Source of the DNA: Minisyncoccota bacterium
GTDB lineage: Bacteria > Patescibacteriota > Minisyncoccia > SW-4-49-11
Direction: 5' to 3'
DNA: 64,000 nucleotides
NCBI GenBank assembly: GCA_032117235.1
Contig: JAULZW010000001.1
Span: 10,762 to 74,761 of the forward strand
The notes under the pieces are model-generated. The model worked only from the letters and a program-made list of their open reading frames with translations. It ran no database searches and had not been told where the DNA came from. Position numbers and translations under genes: made by a program. This document shows, in pieces, positions 9,277 through 20,580 of this stretch; positions within the stretch are counted from its first letter, which is position 1, and the number at the start of each line of letters is the position of its first letter.

Positions 9277-9642
9277 TTGACAAAAGCGAGGGAATATGAT
9301 ATGGTCTATGTGATCTTTTGTGCTTTAATGATGAAGTCTCCTCACTCTCAACTGTGCCCTCAAGTATTTCAAGCTGTAAAGCTCATGTCCGAGGAAGAGA
9401 TATCCAGATCATGCAAGCAAGATGTTCGAACAGCTCTTTTTTGTATTCAGTACTATGCTGAGTATAGAGTCGCCGATAAAATAAATGCGTTTAATACTTT
9501 AAATGAACTAAATTTCCTTATATTACGGCTGCTGGTTCTCGAGGTACTTATGCCCGAGAACATAAAGCATATGGTGAGGAAGGAGAACCTTATCCTTGCT
9601 CTCAAGAATATAAAGCTGCTATTGCCCCTGCTCATCGAATAA
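9277..9642 (+). CDS. Hypothetical protein
   Basis: 121-aa ORF followed by its own terminator; start uncertain. Confidence 0.5.
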   Translation: MTKAREYDMVYVIFCALMMKSPHSQLCPQVFQAVKLMSEEEISRSCKQDVRTALFCIQYYAEYRVADKINAFNTLNELNFLILRLLVLEVLMPENIKHMVRKENLILALKNIKLLLPLLIE

Positions 9643-9657
9643 TTGTAATAAACTTCC

Positions 9658-9686
9658 ACCCGACCGTTTCGCGGCTCGGGTTTTTT
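9658..9686 (+). terminator. Rho-independent terminator
   Basis: ACCCGACCG/CGGCTCGGGT stem followed by a T-tract. Confidence 0.7.
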
Positions 9687-9704
9687 ATTTCTTAAAAAAA
9701 CAAA

Positions 9705-9731
9705 ATAGCACTCTGTACAGATTACTGCTAA
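9705..9731 (+). promoter_or_regulatory. CIRCE-like operator (HrcA) upstream of dnaJ
   Basis: ATAGCACTC-N9-TACTGCTAA versus consensus TTAGCACTC-N9-GAGTGCTAA, about 40 bp before dnaJ. Confidence 0.7.
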
Positions 9732-9773
9732 TATTGTATAATATCTTGTATAAAACAATTAAATATAATTGCA

Positions 9774-10874
9774 ATGGCAAGGGATTATTATGAAATATTA
9801 GGGGTTTCCAAAGATGCGAGTGAGGCTGAAATCAAAAAAGCTTATCGTAAATTAGCTCATACTCATCATCCTGATAAAAAGGGTGGAGATGAGGCTAAGT
9901 TTAAGGAGGTAAATGAGGCTTATCAGACACTTAGTGATCCTCAAAAGCGTCAACAATATAATCAATTTGGATCCAATTATCAACAAGCTGGAGGGGGGGC
10001 AAGTGGATTCTCTGGTTTTGGTGGTGGCGCTCAGGGATTTTCTTTTGATGATGTTTTTGGGCAAGCAGGATTCTCTTTTGGTGGAGGAGGTTTTGAAGAT
10101 GTGTTCTCAGATGTATTCGGTGGAGGTAGAAGTGGTTCCAGAAGACAGACTAGAGGTAGAGATATTGAACTAGCTGTAGATATTAGTCTAGAAGAGTCCT
10201 ATACTGGTATTTCAAAGTCTATAGATTTAGATATTAATTCAACTTGTGATGCTTGTGATGGGACAGGAGCTCAGAATAAAAAAACCAAACAATGTCCAAC
10301 TTGTCGAGGTAATGGTTATGTGGAGCAACAAGTGAGAACTATGCTTGGTAATTTTAATCAGAGAGCTACTTGTAGTGCTTGTCAGGGCAAGGGTACAATT
10401 CCAGAATCTAATTGTAAAAGCTGTCAAGGAACAGGTGTCAAGAGACAAAAAAAGTCTATAAAAATCGAGATTCCAAAAGGTATTGCTAATGGGCAGACCC
10501 TAGAAATGCGAGGTGAGGGGGAGGCTGCTGCTTATGGTGGTACAAATGGAAATATTTATATTCATATCTCAGTCAAAACTCATAAAAAGTTTGAGAGACG
10601 AGGCGATGATATTTATTTAACTCAAGATATAGTCTATACGACAGCAGTATTAGGAGGTAATCTGGATATAGAGACTTTGGGCGGAGAATTGAATTTAAAA
10701 ATTCCTAAACAAACTCAGTCAGGAGAAATTTTCAGACTTCGTGAGAAAGGAATGCCCCATTTACAAGGTAGAGGCTATGGAGATATGTATGTGACGGTCA
10801 GAATTATTACTCCTAGAAATATTTCTCGACGTGCACAGCAATTATTAAAAGACTTGCAATCTGAAGGAATGTGA
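9774..10874 (+). CDS. dnaJ: Chaperone DnaJ
   Basis: J domain with HPD, G/F-rich linker, four CxxCxGxG repeats. Confidence 0.98.
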   Translation: MARDYYEILGVSKDASEAEIKKAYRKLAHTHHPDKKGGDEAKFKEVNEAYQTLSDPQKRQQYNQFGSNYQQAGGGASGFSGFGGGAQGFSFDDVFGQAGFSFGGGGFEDVFSDVFGGGRSGSRRQTRGRDIELAVDISLEESYTGISKSIDLDINSTCDACDGTGAQNKKTKQCPTCRGNGYVEQQVRTMLGNFNQRATCSACQGKGTIPESNCKSCQGTGVKRQKKSIKIEIPKGIANGQTLEMRGEGEAAAYGGTNGNIYIHISVKTHKKFERRGDDIYLTQDIVYTTAVLGGNLDIETLGGELNLKIPKQTQSGEIFRLREKGMPHLQGRGYGDMYVTVRIITPRNISRRAQQLLKDLQSEGM

Positions 10875-10906
10875 TATAATTATACATATGATTTAAATAT
10901 AAAAAT

Positions 10907-11428
10907 ATGGACACATTAGAACCTTTATTTGATAAAGTGACTTTCAGCTCAATCTCAGGAGACTTATTTATTAGTATAATCTTAGTTATTGGATTGTCTT
11001 TATACATCTATAAAAAAGGTGTTAAAGATATTTTTATACTAGCTATTTCTCTATATATTACCCAGGTTCTTTCTACTCTATATCCTTGGGAAATATCAAA
11101 AATTGGTAATTTACCAGGAGACGCAGTCCTGTTTTTAGTTTTAACTTTGATTACAAATTGGACATTACAAAGTTCAGCAATAGCCTCTAATCTTAGTATT
11201 GCTAAAAAACCATTATGGAAAAATTTAATATTCGGGGTCTCAGTGGTAGGTTTACTTCTTGTCAATCTTTTAAGTGTAATCAAAACTCAAGATAAGTCAA
11301 TTTTAAATGTAATCGAACAGTCTTTATTTAGGAAAGAATCTTTTCAAATTTTCTGGACTATTCTGCCAATTGTATTCTTTCCTTTTCTAAAACCTACAGC
11401 CAAAAAACCTAGCTCAAAATCAAAATGA
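10907..11428 (+). CDS. Hypothetical membrane protein
   Basis: About 5 TM segments; overlaps the nrdR start. Confidence 0.75.
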   Translation: MDTLEPLFDKVTFSSISGDLFISIILVIGLSLYIYKKGVKDIFILAISLYITQVLSTLYPWEISKIGNLPGDAVLFLVLTLITNWTLQSSAIASNLSIAKKPLWKNLIFGVSVVGLLLVNLLSVIKTQDKSILNVIEQSLFRKESFQIFWTILPIVFFPFLKPTAKKPSSKSK

Positions 11429-11877
11429 AATGCCCACAATGCTCACATATAGACACTCGTATTACTGATTCTAGGCTTTCACGGGATGATATGATAGTCA
11501 GACGGAGAAGAATTTGTGAGAAATGTAATTATCGTTTTACTACAGCTGAGACAAGAGAGGTCCTAGATGTAATGGTAGTCAAAAAATCAGGAATTAAAGA
11601 AAGATACAGCACAGAAAAATTATTAAAAGCAGTATCCATATCACTACACAAAAGACCTTTCACCCAAGATAAAATTAGAGACTTTATACTCAAAATTGAA
11701 GTGGATTTATTCAAAAAAGATCCTAAAGAAATCTCTACCAAACAAATTGGGGATACAGTTTTGAAGCACTTAAAAATGTTTGACGAAGTAGCATATATCC
11801 GATTTGCCTCTATTTATCGTGATTTTAGAACTATCAAAGGATTTAGACACGAAATTGATAAATTATTACAGGATTAA
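11425..11877 (+). CDS. nrdR: Transcriptional repressor NrdR
   Basis: MKCPQC, RRRICEKC, RFTTAE, ATP-cone, and DEVAYIRFASIYRDF. Confidence 0.97.
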   Translation: MKCPQCSHIDTRITDSRLSRDDMIVRRRRICEKCNYRFTTAETREVLDVMVVKKSGIKERYSTEKLLKAVSISLHKRPFTQDKIRDFILKIEVDLFKKDPKEISTKQIGDTVLKHLKMFDEVAYIRFASIYRDFRTIKGFRHEIDKLLQD

Positions 11878-11881
11878 AAAT

Positions 11882-12610
11882 TTACATTTGATTATATAAT
11901 CTCAAAATAGTATTAGTATCATCATAAGCTACTAACTCACCCTTGTGTAGCAGAATGCATTTATTACAATGTTGTTGAATTTCATCCATATTATGGCTAA
12001 CAATAATAGCAGTTTTACCCATTCTTTTTAATTTTTGTAGTCGATTATTAACTTTAGTTTGAAAATTAGCATCAGTAGTAGCAGGAATTTCATCAAAAAG
12101 ATAAATATCAGCATTAATATTAAGAATTAGACCCAAAATAAGTCTGGTTTTCATACCAGTAGATAAGAATTTTATCTTTTGAGAAGTAAAGTCGTGTAAT
12201 TCTGAGAAATTGATAATATTATTATAAATTTTATTAATATCTTCTCTTGGCAATCCAACTTGTAAAGCCTTAACCAAAACTGCATCTTCAGCCCTTCCTT
12301 CGGGATGTAGTATTTCATCAGGTCCAAAGAAGGGCAAAACAGAGCCATCAACTTTGACACTACCTTGATCTGGATTATGAATACCAGCTAAAAGTTTCAA
12401 AAAAGTACTTTTCCCACTACCATTTTTACCAATAATACCAATCCACTCACCCTGATCAATATCCAGAGTAATATTTTTTAGTACAGGATTGGCTGTGGTC
12501 TTGAAAGACTGAAATCCATCCATCTGTCCACCAGAGCGATTATTGTTCTTACTCTGCAAGTTAAAATACTTGGACACACTATCTACCTGAATTAGTTTTT
12601 TTGTAGCCAT
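11882..12610 (-). CDS. Wzt/TagH-like polysaccharide ABC exporter ATP-binding subunit
   Basis: GKNGSGKST Walker A, LSTGMKTRL signature, LFDE, D..FQ.K and VSHN motifs; start probably ATG 12610. Confidence 0.85.
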   Translation of the reverse strand: MATKKLIQVDSVSKYFNLQSKNNNRSGGQMDGFQSFKTTANPVLKNITLDIDQGEWIGIIGKNGSGKSTFLKLLAGIHNPDQGSVKVDGSVLPFFGPDEILHPEGRAEDAVLVKALQVGLPREDINKIYNNIINFSELHDFTSQKIKFLSTGMKTRLILGLILNINADIYLFDEIPATTDANFQTKVNNRLQKLKRMGKTAIIVSHNMDEIQQHCNKCILLHKGELVAYDDTNTILRLYNQM

Positions 12611-12706
12611 ATTAATTATTGTATACAATATTATATTTAGTATAAAGAAATTTTAATAAAAAAGCAAGGTAAAAAGAAGAACCTTATAATTAACGATAGT
12701 TAGTGT

Positions 12707-13040
12707 TTATAAAGGTAAAAAGAGAATTCCTAAAGCCATGATTAATAAAGATACAAAAATGGTGTCATTAAATCTATATAATAATGCAAAATATGCCCAA
12801 TGAATAAGGAATATTATGGGGGTTATAATAAAAGATGCGATTAAAATATCTTTTAAAATCCCTTCATTTAATAGTCCAAATATTCTTGACACAAAAAAGA
12901 CTAAAGTTGATATTATTGCACACAATTTAGGACTCTCAGTTATATCCAGCACTCTTTATAATGCTGGAATAAAAAGTATTTTAATGAATAGCATATTAAA
13001 GATTATAATATAAAGTATTTTTATTTTGGTTTAACTTCAT
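12707..13040 (-). pseudogene. Degraded small membrane protein gene
   Basis: The hydrophobic frame continues upstream of the called GTG through an in-frame TAA (12956-12958). ATG 13040 joins it only through a 1-nt frameshift. Confidence 0.5.
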
Positions 13041-13053
13041 TGCTTCTTTTCTT

Positions 13054-13139
13054 TGGTGCCGAGGAGAGGACTCGAACCTCCACATCATTAAGATACATGC
13101 TCCTAAGGCATGCGTGTCTACCAATTCCACCACCTCGGC
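13054..13139 (-). tRNA. tRNA-Leu(TAG)
   Basis: Reverse complement GCCGAGG...CATGC-CTTAGGA-GCATG...GGTTCGAGTCC...CCTCGGCACCA. Confidence 0.95.
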
Positions 13140-13283
13140 TTATGAAATACATTGTACTATATATTGACATTTTGTCAATTATGTGATATTATGTTTTCCA
13201 TCTCTCAAATATAAGACCCTTTTTATATTTGTCTACACTGTTTTTGACTGAAGTTTGAGAGAAGTTATCAGTTGTCCTAGTTA

Positions 13284-13844
13284 ATGGATATATTATATAT
13301 TGTGATGGCCTTAATTGTTGGAGTTACGGGAGTATTTCCAACAAACACTCAACCAGTTGTTGCAAGTTCATTTGATTTAGATTCAATCAACTCAGTTATA
13401 AATGGAGTTAATCCAGTTGAAACTATCATAACCCCTAAACCTGAGCCAGAAAAACCTAAACAAGTTCAGCCAAAACAAGTAACAGTACAAAGTAAAACTT
13501 CTTTCTATGCTTCAGTAGAAGCCGAGTTAAGCAATATCCCAGCACAAGGTTCATGTTATGATTATGTGCCTGAGATGGCTGCTAAATACTCAGTTGATGC
13601 TGATTTGATGACTAGAATTATCAAGGCAGAGTCTGGAGGTAATGCTCTGGCTAAGAATAAAAACTCTACTGCTTCTGGTTGTGGACAGTTTATTCGAGGA
13701 ACTTGGGCAGGAACTTTAAGACAAATGGGTCATGAATGGGTAACTCCGTTTGACGCCAAAACTAATGTTGAGGCTATGGCTTTCAAAATCTCTCGTGGAG
13801 GTATCGGAGCATGGAATGCCAGCAAGTCTAAGTGGTCTAAATAA
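13284..13844 (+). CDS. Secreted lytic transglycosylase (SLT/lysozyme-like) domain protein
   Basis: N-terminal signal/TM, Pro-rich linker, then IIKAESGGN..A.N..S.ASGCGQF...TW catalytic motifs. Confidence 0.85.
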   Translation: MDILYIVMALIVGVTGVFPTNTQPVVASSFDLDSINSVINGVNPVETIITPKPEPEKPKQVQPKQVTVQSKTSFYASVEAELSNIPAQGSCYDYVPEMAAKYSVDADLMTRIIKAESGGNALAKNKNSTASGCGQFIRGTWAGTLRQMGHEWVTPFDAKTNVEAMAFKISRGGIGAWNASKSKWSK

Positions 13845-13863
13845 TCTTTTATTTATCACTTCT

Positions 13864-13898
13864 AAAAACTCTCCTTATAATATATCTGGGGAGTTTTT
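13864..13898 (+). terminator. Terminator hairpin
   Basis: AAAAACTCTCC/GGGGAGTTTTT inverted repeat. Confidence 0.6.
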
Positions 13899-13978
13899 AG
13901 TTTATGAATAGTTCTCTTGCAATATAGTTCAAGTTATGATATTATTATTAACAACTACTAAGGTAATATATTTAATTT

Positions 13979-14245
13979 ATGTTAAATTCAGATTCAAAAG
14001 GACAGATTATTAATAAATTCCAAATTCATGAAAATGATGATGGTTCAACATCTGTTCAAATTGCTCTAATTACAGAAAGAATCCTTTATTTGACCGAGCA
14101 TTTAAAAGTAAATCGCAAGGATTTTCACTCTAGAAAAGGTTTGATACATTTGGTTTCTCAGAGAAAAAAACTTTTAGCCTATCTTAAAAAGACAGACTTG
14201 AGTTTATTTGAAAAGACAGTTAAAGAGCTTGGTATTAGGGCTTAA
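13979..14245 (+). CDS. rpsO: 30S ribosomal protein S15
   Basis: DDGSTSVQIALITERI..LTEHL and KDFHSRKGL motifs. Confidence 0.97.
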   Translation: MLNSDSKGQIINKFQIHENDDGSTSVQIALITERILYLTEHLKVNRKDFHSRKGLIHLVSQRKKLLAYLKKTDLSLFEKTVKELGIRA

Positions 14246-14262
14246 AAAACACCTAACTTTAT

Positions 14263-16323
14263 ATGAACTTCAAAACATATCAAACACAAATAGCTGGACA
14301 AATACTAAAAATAGAAACAGGTAGGCTTGCTAATCAAGCCGATGGGTCTGTTCTTGTTTCTCTTGGAGAGACAACAGTGCTGGTAACTGTGGTAATGTCG
14401 GATAAACCGGTGGGTTCTAATTATCTGCCTCTTTTTGTCGACTATCAAGAAAAATTCTATGCTAATGGTAAAATTAAGGGCAGTCGTTTTGTAAAGCGCG
14501 AGGGGCGCCCTAGTGATGAGTCTATATTGACTGGGCGTCTGGTTGATCGTGCTATAAGACCTTTTTTTGACCAATCTATTCGCAATGAAATACAGGTTAT
14601 TGTAACAACATTATCTCTAGATGAAAGAAATGACCCAGATGCGGTAGCTTTGTTTGGGGCTTCTCTAGCCTTGTCTATATCAGATATTCCTTGGAATGGA
14701 CCGGTGGCAGCTTTGAGAGTAGCTTCGGTTAAGGGGGAAATTATTGTTAATCCATCCTTTGAACAAAGAGAAATGGGAGATTTTGATACTATTATTACAC
14801 TTAATGCTGATGAAAGATTAGTTATGATGGAGTTTGGAGGTAAGCAAATTCCTGAAGAGACTATACTAAAAGCTTTTGAAGTAGTAACCCCAGAAATTAA
14901 TAAAATAATAGAATTTCAAAACACTATTATTTCTGAAATGGGTAAGTCTAAAAGAAAGACTGTTGTTTCAGAATCTAATATCGAGATTGTAAGAGGTATA
15001 AAATCTTTGATTCAAGGAAGATTAGAGCCTGCATTATATGGAGATGCTTTTTCTACTAAACAGGCGCATCATATATTATTAACCGAACTCAATCAAGCTT
15101 ATCCAGATCACAGAGATTTAGTAGAGCATACTTTGGATCAAGAATTAAATTCTATATTTAAGCAAAATATTATTGAACAAGAAAAGCGCCCAGATGGAAG
15201 AGCTGTTGATGAGCTTAGAGAATTAAGTGGAGAAGTTGATATATTGCCTCGAGTACATGGATCGGGATTATTCAATCGTGGCAGTACACAAACTCTATCT
15301 GTTCTTACTTTGGGTTCTCCAGGAGAAGCTCAAATTATTGATGAAATGAAAGATGAAATCAAAAAGCGATTTATGCATCATTATAATTTTCCACCCTTTT
15401 CCGTAGGAGAGGTTAGGCAATTAAGAGGGCCTGGTAGAAGAGAAATTGGGCATGGAGCTTTAGCTGAAAAAGCTTTGGAAGGAGTTTTACCTCCGATATC
15501 TGAATTTCCTTATACAATTCGTATTGTAACTGAGGTATTGGGTTCCAATGGATCATCTTCTATGGCTAGTGTGTGTTCTTCAACTTTAGCTCTTTTAGTA
15601 GCAGGAGTTCCTATTATTGAACCTGTAGCTGGAATCGCTATGGGTATTGTAGAGCAGAATGGTAAATATAAGATTTTAACAGATATTCAAGGCCCAGAAG
15701 ATCATTTTGGTGAAATGGACTTTAAAGTTGCAGGAACGCGCAATGGAGTTAATGCAATACAAATGGATATTAAGGGTCAGGGAATGTCTATTGCTATGAT
15801 AAAAGAGGCTTTGGAAAAGGCTAAAATAGCTCGGCTTACTATTCTTGACACGATAAAGAATGTGATTGCAGAAGCTCGTACTCAGGTTTCAGAATATGCT
15901 CCTAAAATTAAATTCTTTATGATTAACCCCAAGAAAATTGGAGAAGTTATTGGAACAGGAGGTAAAATTATTAATGGAATTATTGATGAGACGGGGGTAA
16001 AAATTGATATAGAAGATGATGGCCAAGTATTTATAACTGGTCAGGATGTTGCTCAGGTTATCCGAGCCAAAGAATGGATAGAGGATTTAGTATATGAGCC
16101 AAAAGAAGGAGAAATATTTGAAGGAAAAGTAGTAAAAATTATGCCATTTGGAGCTTTTGTAAATATTAAGGCGGGTCTAGATGGTCTTATACATATTTCT
16201 GAAATTTCAGATAAACATATAAATAATGTAGAAGATGTGCTACAATTAAATCAAGTTATAAAAGTTAAAATTAAAAAAGTTGATGCAGATGGTAGAATAA
16301 CCTTAATACCTTATCTTGAATAA
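14263..16323 (+). CDS. pnp: Polyribonucleotide nucleotidyltransferase
   Basis: RREIGHG, SNGSSSMAS and DHFGEMDFKVAG motifs; KH and S1 domains. Confidence 0.98.
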   Translation: MNFKTYQTQIAGQILKIETGRLANQADGSVLVSLGETTVLVTVVMSDKPVGSNYLPLFVDYQEKFYANGKIKGSRFVKREGRPSDESILTGRLVDRAIRPFFDQSIRNEIQVIVTTLSLDERNDPDAVALFGASLALSISDIPWNGPVAALRVASVKGEIIVNPSFEQREMGDFDTIITLNADERLVMMEFGGKQIPEETILKAFEVVTPEINKIIEFQNTIISEMGKSKRKTVVSESNIEIVRGIKSLIQGRLEPALYGDAFSTKQAHHILLTELNQAYPDHRDLVEHTLDQELNSIFKQNIIEQEKRPDGRAVDELRELSGEVDILPRVHGSGLFNRGSTQTLSVLTLGSPGEAQIIDEMKDEIKKRFMHHYNFPPFSVGEVRQLRGPGRREIGHGALAEKALEGVLPPISEFPYTIRIVTEVLGSNGSSSMASVCSSTLALLVAGVPIIEPVAGIAMGIVEQNGKYKILTDIQGPEDHFGEMDFKVAGTRNGVNAIQMDIKGQGMSIAMIKEALEKAKIARLTILDTIKNVIAEARTQVSEYAPKIKFFMINPKKIGEVIGTGGKIINGIIDETGVKIDIEDDGQVFITGQDVAQVIRAKEWIEDLVYEPKEGEIFEGKVVKIMPFGAFVNIKAGLDGLIHISEISDKHINNVEDVLQLNQVIKVKIKKVDADGRITLIPYLE

Positions 16324-16349
16324 TTATTAAATATATAAATTATAAAACT

Positions 16350-17603
<1,254 letters not shown>

Positions 17604-17998
17604 TTGTGGATAACTTCTCTAGTATACAATTCCTTACTCTGATAAACTATATATAGTAAGGACAATAGAGTAATATTACAATCACAAGTATAAAATTTTA
17701 ATAAGGTTATATAAATACTTGTGATTGAATTCTTGCTCTAATCTTTACAATTATAAATACAAACTAATATAAAAATCGTTTAATTAAAATAAAAACAAAA
17801 TAATATTCACAAATAATGCACCTTTGGCAAAAATAAAAAGGCGTTAGCCAAAGATTAGATGAGAATATCTAGTTTCTGGCAATCTCGAAATATATAAAGA
17901 GTTTGTCAGAAACAGAGACAAATAAAGTACTCTTACCCCCCTTTACACTAACAGAGTTAAGAAGGAGAAGGAAGGGTATTTTATTTTTATATAAAGCT

Positions 17999-18027
17999 TT
18001 GACAAATTAAAATAATAAGAATATAAT
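17999..18027 (+). promoter_or_regulatory. Consensus sigma70 promoter of the pilin gene
   Basis: TTGACA-17 bp-TATAAT. Confidence 0.8.
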
Positions 18028-18052
18028 CAATCTATTACAATTAGAGATAAAT

Positions 18053-18472
18053 ATGAAAATAAAAAATAAAGGATTTACTTTGCTAGAGATACTCCTAGGA
18101 ATAACATTAATAGGAGTATTAGCATCAATAGCATTTACTCTGATTAATCCTAATCTACGTCTAGCACAAAGTCGAGATCTAAATAGACAAAAAGACATAA
18201 CAGATATACAGCAAGCCTTAGAATTATATGCTACTAGGAACTCTGGAGATTATCCTGCTGGAATAGTTTTGGGATCGTATAAGGAAATATGTGGTCAAGT
18301 TATCAGCTCAGAATGTGTTGACTTAGGTACTTTGATTCCTCAATATCTTTCATATGTACCAAAAGATCCTAGTGGAAATAACTATAAAATTGGAATTAAT
18401 CCAAATAATAAGATAATTAGTATTTGGGCTGCAAAAGCAGAGAGTAGAGAAGTGTCTATAAATATTTTTTGA
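18053..18472 (+). CDS. Type IV pilin / pseudopilin-like protein
   Basis: Class III signal KGFTLLEILLGI; GspG-like SRD..R..DI..I..ALELY...YP and PKDP motifs. Confidence 0.9.
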   Translation: MKIKNKGFTLLEILLGITLIGVLASIAFTLINPNLRLAQSRDLNRQKDITDIQQALELYATRNSGDYPAGIVLGSYKEICGQVISSECVDLGTLIPQYLSYVPKDPSGNNYKIGINPNNKIISIWAAKAESREVSINIF

Positions 18473-18671
18473 TCAATAGGCCGTAGTATAAAATATATCC
18501 GTAGCCTGAAATAAAATATACACATTTATACCAAATATATTTTCTAATTCTTTTTTAAATAAAGTTAAAACACTCCTATACTATAACAGGTCTACCTGTA
18601 ACCATAATCAGCCTCTACTTTTTGCTAATCTGTTATTATACTTGCAACACAAAATAATGCTGTACATACTA

Positions 18672-18700
18672 TTGACAAAATAATATAAAGGTAATATAAT
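18672..18700 (+). promoter_or_regulatory. Consensus sigma70 promoter of the infA/alpha operon
   Basis: TTGACA-17 bp-TATAAT. Confidence 0.8.
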
Positions 18701-18735
18701 TAAAGGTATATTATTTATATAGAGTTGTATAACTT

Positions 18736-18969
18736 ATGCCCGAAAGTCAAGATTTGAACTCAAAAAACCTCCTAATCCAAGAAGGAACAGTCAGTGAAGT
18801 CTTGCCAAACACCAGCTTTCGTGTTATATTAGAAAACAAGTCAGAAGTTTTAGCTCATCTATCTGGTAAAATGCGTATGCATTATATTAAGGTCTTGCCA
18901 GGAGATAAGGTGACAGTTGAGTTGAGTGCTTATAACTTAACTCAGGGTAGAATTACTAGGAGAAATTAA
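18736..18969 (+). CDS. infA: Translation initiation factor IF-1
   Basis: [26 protein letters not shown]. Confidence 0.98.
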   Translation: MPESQDLNSKNLLIQEGTVSEVLPNTSFRVILENKSEVLAHLSGKMRMHYIKVLPGDKVTVELSAYNLTQGRITRRN

Positions 18970-18977
18970 GATACTAT

Positions 18978-19094
18978 ATGAAAGTTCAAGCTTCAGTTAA
19001 GAAAAGATGTAATAAGTGTAAGGTTATTAAGCGAAAGAGAGTAATTCGTGTTATTTGTGAGGCCAGTCCGCGCCACAAGCAAAGACAAGGATAA
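18978..19094 (+). CDS. rpmJ: 50S ribosomal protein L36
   Basis: Below the ORF-track cutoff; translates as [38 protein letters not shown]. Confidence 0.97.
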   Translation: MKVQASVKKRCNKCKVIKRKRVIRVICEASPRHKQRQG

Positions 19095-19112
19095 TATAAG
19101 ATATATTAAATT

Positions 19113-19496
19113 ATGGTAAGAATTGCAGGAGTTGTCATTCCAGATTATAAAAACGTTGAAATAGCTTTGACTTATATTTATGGTGTTGGGCTTACTCGTT
19201 CTAAAAAAGTATTGGCTATGACAGGAGTTGATCCTTATAAAAAAGCTAAGGAGTTAGATGAAAAAGAAGTAGCTTTATTAAAAGAATGTATTGAGAAAAA
19301 CTATAAAATTGAAGGAGATCTTCGACGAGAGGTAGCTAATAACATAAAGAGACTAAAAGACATTAATTCATATAGAGGAAGTCGACATACAAAAAAACTA
19401 CCTATAAAAGGTAGAACCAAGACTAACTCTAGGACTATCAGAGGTAATGTAGTTCGTACCATGGGAAGTGGACGAAGAAAAGTTGAGAAGACATAA
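19113..19496 (+). CDS. rpsM: 30S ribosomal protein S13
   Basis: RIAGV, ALTYIYGVG, EGDLRREV and YRG.RH motifs. Confidence 0.98.
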   Translation: MVRIAGVVIPDYKNVEIALTYIYGVGLTRSKKVLAMTGVDPYKKAKELDEKEVALLKECIEKNYKIEGDLRREVANNIKRLKDINSYRGSRHTKKLPIKGRTKTNSRTIRGNVVRTMGSGRRKVEKT

Positions 19497-19515
19497 TTAT
19501 TAAGTAGTTTTTTAT

Positions 19516-19944
19516 ATGGGAAAGAAGCGTGTAGCACAAAAAGGAGATTCAGTATCTTCATTAAAAATGGGAGTGAAAGAAACGTCTTCGAAGAAAAAAG
19601 TTTCTCGAGGTACTGCTTATATTGTTTCAACTTACAATAATACAATGGTTTCTCTAGCAGATTTGTCTGGTAACATTTTAGCATGGTCATCCTCGGGTAC
19701 TCTTGGATTTAAGGGTGCCAAGAAAGCCACCCCTTATGCTGCTACTATGGTGGCTAAAACGGTGGTAGAGAAGGTTAAAAAAACCGGATTACAGGACATT
19801 AAAGTTGTTGTAAAGGGTGTGGGACCAGGTAGAGAGGCGTCCATTAGAGGTTTAGCTGGATCTGGTCTTAACATTATGTCTATTAAGGATTTAACCCCTG
19901 TACCACATAATGGGGTTCGTCCTCGTAAACCAAGAAGAGTATAA
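19516..19944 (+). CDS. rpsK: 30S ribosomal protein S11
   Basis: STYNNT, KATPYAA and TPVPHNG motifs. Confidence 0.98.
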   Translation: MGKKRVAQKGDSVSSLKMGVKETSSKKKVSRGTAYIVSTYNNTMVSLADLSGNILAWSSSGTLGFKGAKKATPYAATMVAKTVVEKVKKTGLQDIKVVVKGVGPGREASIRGLAGSGLNIMSIKDLTPVPHNGVRPRKPRRV

Positions 19945-19962
19945 TAGATTTTATAAGAGAAT

Positions 19963-20562
19963 ATGTATAGTCGTAAGAAAGTTAAAATTTGTAGAAAATT
20001 TGGGGAGCGAATCTTTCCAGAAGTTAAAATTACTGATGAAAAGTTAGCCAAAGCTCCTGGAGTTCATGGTGCAAAGAGGCGTAGATCAGCCTCTGAATTT
20101 GGAAAGCAGTTGCAAGAAAAGCAAAAAGTTAAGTATGTATATGGACTTCGTGAAAAGCAATTTAGAAGATTTTATGAAAAAGCTTTAGCTGATTCTGAGC
20201 CTACTCCAACTGCTTTGTTAAGGATTTTAGAAACAAGACTAGATAATGCTGTGTATAGAGCTAATATGGCATATACCAGAGAACAGGCTAGACAAATGAT
20301 TTCTCACGGACATATTTTAGTTAATGGTAAAAAAGTCACTATTCCTAGCTTTATTGTTAAGCCTGGATATGTTATTACATATTCATCTACTAAATCAAAA
20401 TTGGTTGCTGAATATAAAGACAAGTTAAAAGATTCAGATCTTCCGTCTTGGTTGACACTAGATAAAAAAAGTCAAACTGTCGAAGTCGCACATACCCCTG
20501 GAGTAGAAGAGTTGAGTCAAAACTTTGATATTGCCCTAGTGATTCAGTATTATTCACGATAA
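19963..20562 (+). CDS. rpsD: 30S ribosomal protein S4
   Basis: [21 protein letters not shown] and terminal YYSR. Confidence 0.97.
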   Translation: MYSRKKVKICRKFGERIFPEVKITDEKLAKAPGVHGAKRRRSASEFGKQLQEKQKVKYVYGLREKQFRRFYEKALADSEPTPTALLRILETRLDNAVYRANMAYTREQARQMISHGHILVNGKKVTIPSFIVKPGYVITYSSTKSKLVAEYKDKLKDSDLPSWLTLDKKSQTVEVAHTPGVEELSQNFDIALVIQYYSR

Positions 20563-20580
20563 TAATAATCAAATAATCTT

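Noticed and set aside
13201-13262. CTCTCAAA/TTTGAGAG inverted repeat in the leader of the SLT gene as a riboswitch
   Set aside because: No recognisable riboswitch motif, and the short AT-rich stems could be chance.
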